Part shown: positions 43,388 through 56,593 of the stretch, in pieces
Layout of the letters: every line of letters starts with the position of its first letter
How positions within the stretch are numbered: the first letter of the stretch is position 1
DNA from: Eledone cirrhosa
Lineage: Eukaryota
NCBI GenBank assembly: GCA_964016885.1
Contig: OZ024748.1
Coordinates: 2,666,001 to 2,730,000 of the forward strand
Reading direction: 5' to 3'
Length of the DNA: 64,000 nt
Program-made: the position numbers and the translations under genes
Notes under the pieces: model-generated
Databases searched by the model: none
Seen by the model: the letters and a program-made list of their open reading frames with translations, nothing else
What the model was told of the DNA's origin: nothing

Positions 43388-44404
43388 TATACATGTGTAT
43401 GTGTAACACATACACACACACACACATATATATATACAGGCACACATACACATATGTATATGTGTGTATATGTATTAAACACACACACAAGACCGTACAC
43501 AAAAGCTAAAACCAACAAAAGCTATAGCGCAGTGAGAGTAGTTCACGTGACAACATCCAATCAAGCAGACGATTTGTCGTTAGTTTTACCATTTATGTTG
43601 TCTTAAAACAACAGCCGACCTCTACAACAATGCAACTACTTCATTTATTTAAAAGAAATTTCCGTTGGTCATTCGTCATTGATTATTCTTTGTTGATTTA
43701 TTATTTAACTTTTGTTTGTTTCTTTATTTATTTGTTTGTTGTTGTTTGTTTTGTGTGTGTCTGTGTATAGCTATATATATATGCGCGTGTGTGTGTGTGT
43801 GTGTGTGTATACATACGCACACACACACACACATATATATATATATTTATATTTACATATTTATATATAGTGTATATTTATATATATATGTGTATATATA
43901 TATATATATATAGTGTATATTTATATAATATATGTATATATATAAGTGTGTAGTGTGTGTTTATATATATGTAAATATATACATATAATTTGTATCTATG
44001 TATATATATAGTATACATATATGTATATAGTATATATATATGTATATTATCTATAGTGTATATATATATAGTGTTTTGTGTGTGTGTACTTTATATATAT
44101 AGTGTGTGTGTGTGTGTATATATGTGTATAATATATATATATACTATATATAGTGTGAGTGAGGTGTATATCACTCACTCACTCTATGTCTACTACTCAC
44201 TCACTACTCTCTACACTCACTACTACTCACACTCTCTAATCTCTCTATAGTGAGTGAGTGAGTGTATATATATACTGTACACTATACTCACTCTCACACA
44301 CTCACACACCTACACACTACTACTCACTCACACTCTCACACTATATATAGTGAGTGAGAGTGACACTAAAGTGTTTGAGTGCACCGTGCGTGTTTTTTTT
44401 ATCG

Positions 44405-44590
44405 GTTTGAGTCAGTAAGCCACGGCCATGCTGGAACACAGCCTTAAATTAGTCGATCGTGAATATGTCACCCACAAAGCATTTGTCAAGCCAAGGCTAT
44501 AGTAGATTCTTGTCTAGAGTGCCGGACAGTGGGACAGAACCCGAACCTACGTAGATTCTAGGCGAAGTCTTTATCTACGCAACCATTCCT
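44405..44590 (-). mobile_element. SINE family 3, diverged
   Basis: cccacaaagcatttgtcaagccaaggctatagtaga...cagtgggacagaaccc. Related tails at 50400-50490 and 51920-52000. Confidence 0.6.
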
Positions 44591-44596
44591 ACATCT

Positions 44597-44704
<108 letters not shown>

Positions 44705-44801
44705 CAATACCTATGTCGTGTATTAGGTGAGAGTTGGAGAAATTCTTGATTGATACTGCAATGTTTTACATTAGAGTGAAATATATCCCTAACATAGTAT
44801 T

Positions 44802-44846
<45 letters not shown>

Positions 44847-44986
44847 GTGTGTATGTGTGCGTGCATACATATATATTTATATATATATATATTTATATAT
44901 ATATATATATATATTCATGTCTACATGGCACAAATGTACATACACTCGCACATAAATATGAAGACAACTATCTCTCTCTCTCTGTA

Positions 44987-45087
<101 letters not shown>

Positions 45088-46158
45088 AAACAAAAAAGAT
45101 ATTTGGGAAACAATAGATTAGCAATATAAAACGTTTGTTGGTGATAGGCTGGCTGTCTGTATCATGTTCTATCTCTATTACCATCCATCTTTCTTCTTTC
45201 ATACATAGATACATCTACGTGCTGATCATAATTCAAGTTCATATATACATTGGTGTGCAAAATAACTTGGCAAAACTGGTCATAACACCAGCCCCCCGGC
45301 CAAGAAGTCAAGCCAGCAATAAAAACACCACTTTTCTATCTGATCTTCTTGCTTGAAGCATTAAATAGCGGCACCATCAAAAGAATTGCTTCTAACTTCT
45401 CCGCCAAGCCACCAACAGGCCACCAGGCCAATTCAGGCTTAACCCTTGTTACTGCTGCTGCTGGTGGTGCTGGTGCTTCTGGTGCTGCTGATACTGCTGC
45501 TGGTAGTAGAGAGACAGAAGAGAACAACAGAGCATAATTTTCAGCAAGTGCAGCTAAGCAGAAAATTTCTGTCCAGGAAATTCATCAATTCGTAGAGTGG
45601 GGTTGATGGGGGTTGGTCATTTTAAGGGGTTTTGTTTTGTAGTACGAACTAGCGTTCGTTCATTCGCTCGAGAAAAGGTAAAACGTTGTTCCATTCTTTT
45701 GTAGGAAATCTTTTGTAGCGAACTGTTTGCTTAGAAATCATTCTTCGTGTGTTTTGAACTTTAAGTTCTCAGAGTTCTCTGGTCAGCAATGCATGATCTG
45801 ATGAGGTTGGGGAGTTGGGTGAATGGCTAGCTGGTCGGGGTTTGTTGGGTGGGTGGCTGGTTTAGTTTGGGGCTAGAATGGATAAAGATAGTTTGACGGA
45901 ATGCATTCTCTTATTCTTCGTCTTCTTATTCTTTGACAAACAATTCATTTTACTTTTCTTTTCGTGTATTTGTTGTTGTGCTTGGATGAATAGATCTATA
46001 CAAGATATGAATATAAGGTGGGTATATATAAAGCTAAATATGTATGCATATAAAGCTAAATATGTGTATATATATAAAGCTAAATATGTATATATATATA
46101 TAAAGCTAAATATATATATATATATATAAAGCTAAATATGTATATATATATATAAAGC

Positions 46159-46205
<47 letters not shown>

Positions 46206-46730
46206 CTAAATATGGATTACTTCACATCCTCTCACCCACCTCCAGATAAGATTACCATAAAATCGTGATAAGCACTACGTTTAGAAGAACAAACATAGAA
46301 ATATACACACTAATACACATGAGTACACATGCAAATATATACACAAATGTGTGAACAAACAAACACACACAGACACACATGTACGTATATACATATAAAT
46401 ACACATATTCACAAGTTTACGTACCCGCAAATATTTACATACGCAAATATGCACCTACACACAAATACACACATTCATGCAAAACTCCCCCCCCCCCATA
46501 CACTCACATGCACACGCACACACACACATGCACACACATACGCGCGCACACACACATGCACACACAGGTCCATATAACAATCTAGGTAACTACACAGACT
46601 TGTCAACATTGAACTAAGAAGCAGCTGCAATGAAGAAACAAAAACAACCTTTTGTAGTATACATCATTTCTCTTCACACACTAGAAGACACACACACATA
46701 TATGTATGTATGAGTGTGTTATATATATAT

Positions 46731-46842
46731 CAGATAGGGTGTGGTAAAAAAACAGGTAGACCACCAGAGTAGCCGACACTTGTGATAGTAGTGGGTAATA
46801 TGAAAATATTCAGGGCTCCGACGGCTGAGCTCAGGCCGTTTC
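46731..46842 (-). mobile_element. PLE-derived family A half element, ending at the HHR GAAA
   Basis: gtgtggtaa...ccagagtagccgacactt...ccgacggctgagctcaggccgtttc followed by TA. Confidence 0.75.
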
Positions 46843-46866
46843 ATATATATATAGAAAGATAGATAG

Positions 46867-46992
46867 GTTTATCCTGGGTTCAATCGGGGGTAACCACAGT
46901 AAGTAAGGTATTCAATACAAAGCAGAGTATAAATATTTAATATAGAAAGGCATCTACAGGACTAGAACTATTTCCTTCGAGAGAAATCCTCA
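46867..46992 (-). mobile_element. PLE-derived family B, truncated in the HHR core
   Basis: Minus strand: UGAGGA-uuucucucgaag-GAAA-uaguucuaguccuGUA-gaugcc... Confidence 0.8.
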
Positions 46993-47739
46993 TATATGGT
47001 ATAATAAACGACAGTCCAAATTGTAAAGTGGCTAAAACAAAGTCCCTTAGTATAATCTATAATTTCTGTTAATCCATCCCTTTTGGAAACCCCCCAAAAT
47101 AATGAAACGAATCACATTCTTTTGTTCGTCCATTTTTGTCTCTTTGAAGTGCAACATTTCAGCTGGATGTTACCATATGATCTCTGCAGGTATAAATATG
47201 AATGTGTGTACCCCAGAGCAAAGAAAGACTGAGATCCACTACAAGACTCAGACCAACTCTTGAGGCACATTTTTGCAGATGACCATTTAATTGGACAAGA
47301 GTAATTTAATTAATTCTTATTAAAACTATTACCAAACTGTAAATAAAATAACGTTAGACTGAGGCCACAACCTAATTCTAGATTTTTGTGGGGTTTTTTT
47401 TGTAATCGAGGTTTTACTATTTTATCTAATTAAATTAGGTAAAGCATGAACACCACAACATCCTATTTCTCTGAACACACACTGTAAATCCGAGCACGTC
47501 TGTATGCTTAATTAGACAAATGCAATACCCACAACTTGTAAAAACCAAATCAGAAACAAATTACATTTTTTTAAATATATACACAAGTGTGTGTGCATGT
47601 GAACTTGTCTATAGAATTCTTTTTGCCTTTGTTACTCTATAGTTTTTAAAAAATTCCCTTTTCTTTAAACCCATCAACCAATGACCTCCACCCATCCCAA
47701 TCACCACCCTCTCCTACCATCATATTACTTGGACAGTCA

Positions 47740-47869
47740 GCTTCCTGGTGATTTCTCCCGAATGAAACAGTTCTAGTCCTGTAGAAGCCTTTTCTATATT
47801 AAATATTTATAGTCTGCTATGTATTAAGTACCTTACTTACTGTGGTTACCCCCGATTGATCCCAGGATA

Positions 47870-47872
<3 letters not shown>
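47740..47872 (+). mobile_element. PLE-derived family B with near-complete HHR
   Basis: gcttc-CTGGTGA-tttctcccgaat-GAAA-cagttctagtcct-GTA-gaagc (core A6G). Ends in TA. Confidence 0.82.
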
Positions 47873-47900
<28 letters not shown>

Positions 47901-47903
<3 letters not shown>

Positions 47904-48100
47904 GGACAAATTTGAACAGGGACAAAACAGAGAGGCAGTACAACGAATGTTTATTAATTTCACGCTCTGGAGAGTGGGGTGTTGGACGACGTTTCGGGCA
48001 TAAGCCCTTCCTCAGGTGAGAAGTGTGTGGGAACAGAGTTCAAAGGGTGTGTAGGGGAGTGGTGGAGAGACATATAGCGAAAGGAAACGGTGCGAATGAA
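47901..48100 (-). mobile_element. PLE-derived family D
   Basis: Flanked by TA on both sides. Contains an HHR core. Tail shared with 7131-7183. Confidence 0.78.
47985..48020 (-). ncRNA. Minimal type I hammerhead motif (family D)
   Basis: Minus strand: cac-CUGAGGA-a-gggc-uuau-gccc-GAAA-CG-UC-gu. Intact core and stem II, minimal PLE-type stem III, only 2 bp of stem I visible. Confidence 0.65.
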
Positions 48101-48126
48101 TATATATATATATATATATATATATA

Positions 48127-48320
48127 ATGAAGGAAGTGTGGTAAGGAACCAGGTGGACCATAACGCACCAGAGTACTCCATACTTTGGGTAGTAAAGTGG
48201 GTAATAGGAAAAGGTATGACTCCGACGGCAGAACTCAAGCCGTTTCGACGGCTATTTCTGGACTAGAAATAGCCGTCGAAACGGCTTGAGCTCTGCCTTC
48301 GGGGTCCTACCTTTTCCTAT
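48127..48320. mobile_element. PLE-derived family A fold-back
   Basis: ctcaagccgtttcgacggctatttct-ggact-agaaatagccgtcgaaacggcttgag, centred near 48262. Confidence 0.87.
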
Positions 48321-49822
48321 ATATATATATATATATATAATTCAAGAGCCAAAAGATTGAATTTTTTTTTGATTTTGATTTTTTTTAAAAATATAAATTG
48401 CACTTGGTTTATATTTAAATTAAATTATTTCCTAATAAATGTATTAATGCATGTATTATATTATGCAGTTGATTAAACCGCCATTTTGATAAGCTTTCAA
48501 GTCGTAAAAAATGAAACGCATGTTTAAGTTTATGGTGACTAAACTGATTGACGATCCCTTCCAATTTTTACATTCTATTTATATAGATTTTATTTTAATT
48601 TTATTATTTTATTATCTTTACTATTATTTTTTATCGTTTTTTTTTTAATTTCTATTTATTGTGTATTTTATTTCATTTTCTTTTTATTACAATATTTTTA
48701 TTTTATTTTATTTTATTTATTTTATATTTTCTCCCGTAACAATGTTTGCGTATGTTTATCTGTGTGTGTGTGTGTATGAATGATTGTGTGTGTGTGAATG
48801 TTTGTGCGTGCGTGAAAAGCTTTGTATAAATGCTTTGTTTGTTTGTGCGTGTGTGTGTGTGTCTGTAAGAAAGTGTGATTGTGTGTAGATGATTTTGTGT
48901 TTGTGTAAGTGTTTATTTGTGTGTGGATGTGTGTAAATGGTTGTGTGTGTGTATGTATATGTGTGTGTTTGCGTAAGTATGGTTGTATGTCTGTGTGTGT
49001 GGCTGTGTTTGTTTGTGTGGCTGTGTTTGTGTGTGGCTGTGTTTGTGTGAGGCTGTGTTTGTGTTTGTGTGGCTGTGTTTGTGTTTGTGTGGCTGTGTTT
49101 GTGTGTGGCTGTGTTTGTGTGTGTGGCTGTGTGTGTGGCTGTGTTTGTGTTTGTGTGTGGCTGTGTTTGTGTGTGGCTGTGTTTGTGTTTGTGCTGCTGT
49201 GTTTGTGTGTGGCTGTGTTTGTGTGTGTGGCTGTGTTTGTGTGTGGCTGTGTTTGTGTTTGTGTGGCTGTGTTTGTGTGTGTTGCTGTGTTTGTATGTGT
49301 ATGTGAGTGTGTCTATCGTTGTTTTGTGGTTGTATATTGTCAACTTGATATCCCCTCGTTCGATTTGCTCTGCTGGTGCTAACAACAACCTGTGCAAGTG
49401 AGACATTACTAACTTACATTATATAATGGTTGTCTTTCGATTAAAATCGCTCTAGATGTGTGAACAGATCGATTATAAAGTTAGAAACAGTTACACCCCA
49501 ATTGACGATGTAAACAGCTGCTACACAACAACTACAACAACAATATATACAAGATAAAATATAAAAGGAAAAACAAAGATAGAGATTAAAAAACAAAACA
49601 AAACGAAAGGTGTGTGTTTATATAAATATGTATATATATATATATATAAACACATGTATATATATGTATATATATATACAGCCACACGTATTTGAATGCG
49701 TGTGTGAATACGTATATATAATATATATATGAATACGTATATATATCTATATATACACACGTATATACGCGTGTACATATATATATATTATATATATACA
49801 TACACACACACACACACGCACG

Positions 49823-49885
<63 letters not shown>

Positions 49886-49888
49886 GAA

Positions 49889-49925
<37 letters not shown>

Positions 49926-49944
49926 GCATACACATATATATGAA

Positions 49945-49996
<52 letters not shown>

Positions 49997-50012
49997 TACA
50001 CATATATATGAA

Positions 50013-50047
<35 letters not shown>

Positions 50048-50066
50048 GCATACACATATATATGAA

Positions 50067-50097
<31 letters not shown>

Positions 50098-50507
50098 GCA
50101 TACACATATATATGAGTGTGTGTGTGTGTATACGCAGACACACACAGACACAGACATACACACACACTAAGAAAGAAACGAAAGCTGAGACTACACTCGA
50201 TGTATACGCCATGTGACGGCTGGTGGGAATGTTTCTTTATCAATATGAACTTCAACGTGGAATCAATATCTTATCTGAACTTCTACGAATTCCCTACATT
50301 TTATAGAGACAATGTTCTATATCTGGTGTTGGTGGGAGCATAGCTTTATTACACATGGTTCCTCAGCTGTTCTTTGTTATTGCTTTGTCTTACTATTTCA
50401 GTTTCACTGGTTATACTCATTAGATTGCGGCCATGCTACAGCACCACTTTAAAGGGATTATAGTCGATCATATCGAACCGAGTACTTATTTTATTAATAT
50501 TTTTTTA

Positions 50508-50680
50508 TATAAAAGTGTGTACCATATAAAAATGTGTACCATATAAAAGTGTGTACCATATAAAAGTGTGTACCATATAAAAGTGTGTACCATATAAAAA
50601 TGTGTACCATATAAAAGTGTGTACCATATAAAAGTGTGTACCATATAAAAATGTGTACCATATAAAAATGTGTACCATAA
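50508..50680. repeat. 17-bp minisatellite (tataaaa(g/a)tgtgtacca)n, about 10 copies
   Basis: Directly visible. Abuts a MITE. Confidence 0.93.
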
Positions 50681-50764
50681 AAATGTATACACACTTTGAT
50701 TAGCTGTATAGGCAATATTTATTAGAATGCTGTTGAAGTGTGTATATATTTTTGGGATACCCTG
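50678..50764. mobile_element. ~95-bp Tc1/mariner-type MITE, left end eroded
   Basis: aaaaatgtatacacactttgattagctg...tttttgggataccctg|TA. Confidence 0.78.
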
Positions 50765-51217
50765 TATATATATATATATATATGTGTGTGTATATATATG
50801 TGTATATATATATGGAGAATAGGGTGTCTGTGTAGTTGTTTGTTAAGTTAGGCTTAAAAATGGAATGAGAATAAGAAGGCAAGAACTGGGGGGCGGGGGT
50901 GTTCCTCGTCAGTTGTCTCCTGGGGATCTCGGATATTTCAACGGTTTAAAGACAATATATCTACCCACAGAGCGTTCAATAACTGGGTAAGTTATTGGGA
51001 AAACGGAGAAGGGAGGGCAGGAAAATAGAAGGGAAAAGGGGAAAAGAGAAACCATCGAAAAAAACAACAAACACAATACACACACACACACACACATGTC
51101 TATATATATATACATACACACACACACATGTCTATATATATATATACATACATACACACACACACATGTCTATATATATATACACACACACGCACACACA
51201 CATGTCTATATATATAT

Positions 51218-51251
<34 letters not shown>

Positions 51252-51602
51252 GTCTATATATATACACACACACACATGTCTATATATATATATATATTGA
51301 AGTCTGGTACAATCTCTCTTGTTGTGCCGCTAGTTACGTTATGGGGCTGCAAACACAGACACAAGTATGATGTTATACTTATTCATATGACAGTCATCAA
51401 CCAGCCAAATTATTTTTTTAAAAACTTAGCAATTCGAGCCACTTTTTTTCCACATAAAACAGAAGTAACATTCGAACACCAACAAGATGCGAGAAAAAAA
51501 CCACAAACCCTCCTTGTCAATTCTACTTTTGAAAAGCATAAGAACTGTGAAACCGGTAAAGGAAACAAATAAATATTCTTAAAAAGAATTTTCGATTCTT
51601 TT

Positions 51603-51643
<41 letters not shown>

Positions 51644-51645
<2 letters not shown>

Positions 51646-51836
51646 GGGAAAATGTGTGAATTCCTTGGTACAGTTAGGTATATTTAAAAAAAGAAAAAGA
51701 ATGACTTCACTTGTAGTTCTAAACAATTTAATTTAATTTTATATTATAATTTTACAATTTGGTTTTAAATTATAAAATTATAAAATTATAAAATTAAATT
51801 AAATTTAGAGCTACAAGTGAAGTCATTCTTTTCTTT
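51644..51836. repeat. TA-flanked asymmetric fold-back element
   Basis: aaaagaatgacttcacttgtagttctaaa pairs with tttagagctacaagtgaagtcattctttt. Confidence 0.8.
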
Positions 51837-52423
51837 ATATATATACACACACATAACTAGAAACATTCGTTGGTCACAATGACATAAATATTACTACATT
51901 CTATTTGTATTTCTTTTGACATGTTTCAGTCATTGGAGTTGAGGCATGCTGGGGCACCGCCTTACCTTCAGGCTTCTTATTTAGTCGATTATATCGAACA
52001 CAATAGCGTTTATCGACCTATATTATATCTACTGACTATATTTTGACATAACACCGGATTTTAGTTTTATTTTACTTTCTTATTTTCTTTTAAACGAGTC
52101 TTGTGTCAGCGTATTTGCATAAATGTGAACAGTCACTTTCACTCACACACACACACACTCACACACTCACACACACACACACACTCACACTCACACTCAT
52201 CGCTCACACTCACACACACACATTCACACACATTCACACTCACACACATTCACACTCACTCACACACAGTCACACACTCACACACATTCACATACAAACA
52301 CTCACGCAACACACTCTTTCACACATGTATTTCAATGTCCTTCAATTGTCCTTCTCCGGGTGGCACCTTGGAATGGAACTTTCCAGGTTCAAACCTTTGG
52401 CTAGTCATGGCAGGGGCCTCGTA

Positions 52424-52509
<86 letters not shown>

Positions 52510-52673
52510 TGACAACCGGCTGTTTACAGCTATTCCCGTATTCAGATTCCTAGAATTTTATGAACACACACACATATATATGAGTGTATGAAAAGAAACA
52601 CCCTATTTACACACGCACATACACACGTGTGTATGTGCGTGTGTGTGTAAATAGGGCGTTTCTTTTCACACAC

Positions 52674-52729
<56 letters not shown>

Positions 52730-52731
<2 letters not shown>

Positions 52732-52950
52732 CAAAGGAATTGTGGTAAGGAACCAGGTGGACCATAACGCACCAGAGTACTCAATACTTAGGGTGTAGAG
52801 TGGGTAATAGGAAACAGTATGACCCCGACGGCTGAGCTCAAGCCGTTTCGACGGCTATTTCTGGACTCAGAAATAGCCGTCGACGCGGCTTGAGCTCTGC
52901 CGTCGGGGTCATACTGTTTCCTATTACCCACTCTACTACGGCTTGAGCTC
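52730..52950. mobile_element. PLE-derived family A fold-back
   Basis: About 70-bp arms, gtagagtgggtaataggaaacagtatgaccccgacggc...gccgtcggggtcatactgtttcctattacccactctac, centred near 52865. Confidence 0.88.
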
Positions 52951-53163
52951 ATATATATATCTTATTAAGAAAAGTCAAACAGTTGACTCTGTTCGTTACT
53001 GTTCCATGCGATAAATATCGATTAATCGGTAACGAATGGGTTATGGGACTTAATCAATCCTCTCCCCTAACATACGTGATCAGTGATAGTGTAATAACAC
53101 ACTCACGTGGGGTGGGATCGCAGGCACTGTGCAACGATGTGTACATGTTCAGAAGAGAGAGAG

Positions 53164-53251
<88 letters not shown>

Positions 53252-53397
53252 CAAAACTGGTGTAAAGGGTGAGATGTAGCATTGATATTGACTGGATCTC
53301 GGTGGTAGAGAACGAGAATATATTAATGCTTGACCGACCTTGGGGCGAGGAAGATAGAGTCTACTTTCTAAAGACAACTTACATGTGTGGGTGTGTT

Positions 53398-53447
<50 letters not shown>

Positions 53448-53615
53448 GATAGATAGATGATATTATAACCTCGTCAACACTCACTCACACACACACACAC
53501 ACACAATGTGTATGTGTGTATATATATTTGAATATATACATCTACACAAATATAGATATATATATTAATACATACGTCTCCGCACAGACACAGACACACA
53601 AGCGTGAGTGCGTGC

Positions 53616-53658
<43 letters not shown>

Positions 53659-53660
53659 TT

Positions 53661-53745
<85 letters not shown>

Positions 53746-55099
53746 TCGTGTATGTGTGTGTGTGTGTTGGTGACCGTTCGTTCGTATCAAGTTAAATAAT
53801 TTAGTGGAGTTTAAAGTTGAACATTAAAATCTGAAATTTATATCTGAAATGTATCATTAATTTACCGAATAGGTATGATAGAACATAGGAATATAATATT
53901 CTAACATTCTAACTACGTGGTTAATGTACCCATATAGGGGTGATCTAACCTAGATTTTCATCCCCGAAATATTATAATCTCTAGCCCCAAACACCTCACA
54001 TCGCCCCACTCTACGAAATACCCTACCACCTTTCCTCTGTAAGCTATACGTGTAGGAGGAATTCATTATGGGAAATTATTGAGCCGTATTCATAATTATT
54101 CAAATTTTAGTGTGACTTCCAAAGGTCCTTTCTTTTGCTTCTCTATTGTTAATTATTGCTGGCCAGCTACAGTGGGCATGTGACAAGGGATCTGGAACGA
54201 TGTATTCTAAACTGAGACACTCGTTCGATTTATTATTATTATTCGACAGTAAAACGAGGGAGAGAGGGGGGGGCTGTGGTGGTGATGCTGGTGGTGGTGG
54301 TTGTGGTGAGGGTAATGATAGTAGTGGTAGTGATGGCAGTGGTGATGCTGGTGAGGGAGCTCGGGGATGACTGGGGTGGTGGTGATGTGGATGGTGGAGC
54401 ACGGGATGATTATGGTGATGGTGGTGGTAGTGGAGGCTGTATTAGTAGTGGCGATGGTGGAGTTGGGGGTGGTGGGGTTAAAATGGATTCGCAAGAGTGA
54501 ACTTATGGTAATTTGCTCTTGATTTGTTTTATTTGTTGTTTGTTTGTGTGTCGGTGTATGTGTTTCGTTGTTGTTGTGTGTGTATGTGTGTGTACTTGTG
54601 TTGGTGTGTGTGTGTACTCGTGTGTGTTGTTGTATTTCTTCTTTTCCCCAGTTTTCCCTGTTTTATCCTCTGATAAGAGTCTCGTCCCGGTCAAGGTCAC
54701 TGTGAGATGTCAAATGCAAAAGGTCAAAACTTATTTTCAGGGTCATTTCTTCGTCAAGTATTGCATCAACACTCACTGACGACACGGATACTGCAAAATA
54801 TAGCCACCCCTCTCTCTCACACACACACAAGAACAAACAAACGAATAATGCACACACACATACACATACATACAAACATACTTGCATACAATCACGCACT
54901 CACACACACACACACGAACATACAAACATACACGGACACAGATACATACACGCATACAAATACACACCCATACACACACACACACATAGAGACACACACA
55001 CACAAGTATATAAACACACACACAAAGAAACACAACAAAAAACAAGATGGCCAAAGTTTGTGAGAATCTCTCCAAGCTAATTTATTGATCACTGGAATC

Positions 55100-55350
55100 A
55101 ATATGGCCGAACGGTTGAGAAGTTAGCTTCCCAATCATTAGATATTGTGTTCGATCCAACTGTGTAGAACTATTGATAAATGTCATTTACGTCTTCTCGG
55201 GGTGACTGTATGTGGTGTGAGTGAAATTAGGTAGACAGGATCTGTACGGAAGCCCGTCATATAGATTGTACCTGTAATTCAGAGGTCATTCACACACACT
55301 GTATTATGCTGAATCTCCCTGAGAATTACATTAAGGATACATGTGTTCCT
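55100..55350 (+). mobile_element. Diverged SINE family 3 plus a second repeat tail
   Basis: tggccgaacggttgagaagttagcttcccaa...gttcgatcc...ggtagac...gaagcccgtc. Related pieces at 31380-31800. Confidence 0.6.
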
Positions 55351-55518
55351 GGAATGTACATTTCACAATATATATATATATATATATATGGAAAGTTATA
55401 TTTAAATTGTTGGGTTACAACTAGTAAATATTTATAACTGATATAAAAGCACTCGACAAGTATTTGGAGTATATTTACAATATTAAATAAATGGAAACTA
55501 TATTTATAAAACCATATT

Positions 55519-55584
55519 TATTTCATTATATATATTTCAGGGATATCATATTAACAATATGCTATGCCTTCCTCAGACAAAATA
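55519..55584 (-). ncRNA. Type I hammerhead ribozyme, mirror copy
   Basis: Reverse complement of 55740-55805. Confidence 0.78.
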
Positions 55585-55739
55585 CAATATAAACAGTTTT
55601 ATAGATAAATAGATTCGACATACCGTAACAACATCGACTTGTATTTGAAAAAGTTGAACTGCCAATTCAACTTTTTCAAATACAAGTCGATGTTGTTACG
55701 GTATGTCGAATCTATTTATCTATAAAACTGTTTATATTG

Positions 55740-55805
55740 TATTTTGTCTGAGGAAGGCATAGCATATTGTTAATATGATATCCCTGAAATATATATAATG
55801 AAATA
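55740..55805 (+). ncRNA. Type I hammerhead ribozyme, intact core
   Basis: tattttgt-CTGAGGA-agg..catatt-gtt-aatatg..cct-GAAA-t-atat-ATA-atgaaata. 8-bp stem I (two G-U pairs) and palindromic loop 3. Confidence 0.8.
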
Positions 55806-55842
55806 AATATGGTTTTATAAATATAGTTTCCATTTATTTAAT

Positions 55843-55911
<69 letters not shown>

Positions 55912-55914
<3 letters not shown>

Positions 55915-56110
55915 GGCGTTTCTCGAAACGTAACAACCTCCTGTATCGAACTAAAGAACACCAGACTACGATCTCTAACTGGATTGTCGTGGATTATGTG
56001 AAAGGCATATAATCGAAATATACACTCCCTTGACCATGAAAATGCCGAAGTACATGAATTACTTGACATCCCTGCGCTGTGCATCTCCAATACTTATAAC
56101 ACTTTTAATG
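55912..56110 (+). pseudogene. Decayed Penelope-like GIY-YIG endonuclease C-terminal fragment
   Basis: Frameshifted reading NLLYRTKEHQ ... HIIE../HSLDHENAEV ... CISNTYNTFN resembles the PLE endonuclease pattern R..EH ... H.....H.FD..N..IL ... N. Confidence 0.5.
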
Positions 56111-56515
56111 CTTGCACTATCTTTAATGCTTATAATATTTCTCCACACACAGACTATATCAATCATATAAAGACTTTGCCACCAGATCTACCAACCTAAC
56201 ACTCTTATTTACCTACCTAAGTGCCTCTACCACACATATCTCTCTGCCACACTATATAAACAAGACGCACATGCGTGCCACACATATAACATTTGCACTA
56301 TATAACCACTTATCTTCATGTTGTACTTTAACCTATATCTTTGATTTTTGATTGTACCTATTAATATAAATGTAATCTCGAAGTGTGTACTGCCACTCTA
56401 AATTCTGTAATGAATGTTGACCCACAATGTTTGAATATGTATCAATGTTTGAATATGTATTGGTATGTCTCTCGGCTGAAAAGGAGGTCATATAACTGTC
56501 CATGCATTAATAAAT

Positions 56516-56562
56516 TGCTCCGAAGAATCCAAACCTCGGTTTGGAGGAAACAGCTGTAAGCA
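56516..56562 (+). ncRNA. Type I hammerhead ribozyme motif (U4C core variant)
   Basis: tgct-CCGAAGA-a-tccaaacc-tc-ggtttgga-g-GAAA-c-agct-GTA-agca. Palindromic AGCU loop 3. Confidence 0.75.
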
Positions 56563-56593
56563 CAATAATGTTTTGAACAGTTCTTTGATTCTT

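Larger units (their letters stand above)
55390..55848. mobile_element. PLE-derived family E with 183-bp inverted arms
   Basis: 55476-55658 is the reverse complement of 55666-55848, with a 7-nt spacer. TA flanks on both sides. Confidence 0.9.

Noticed and set aside
43860-44370. Scrambled TA/GT/CACT region
   Set aside because: Irregular low-complexity sequence that may be a low-quality consensus. No interpretable structure.
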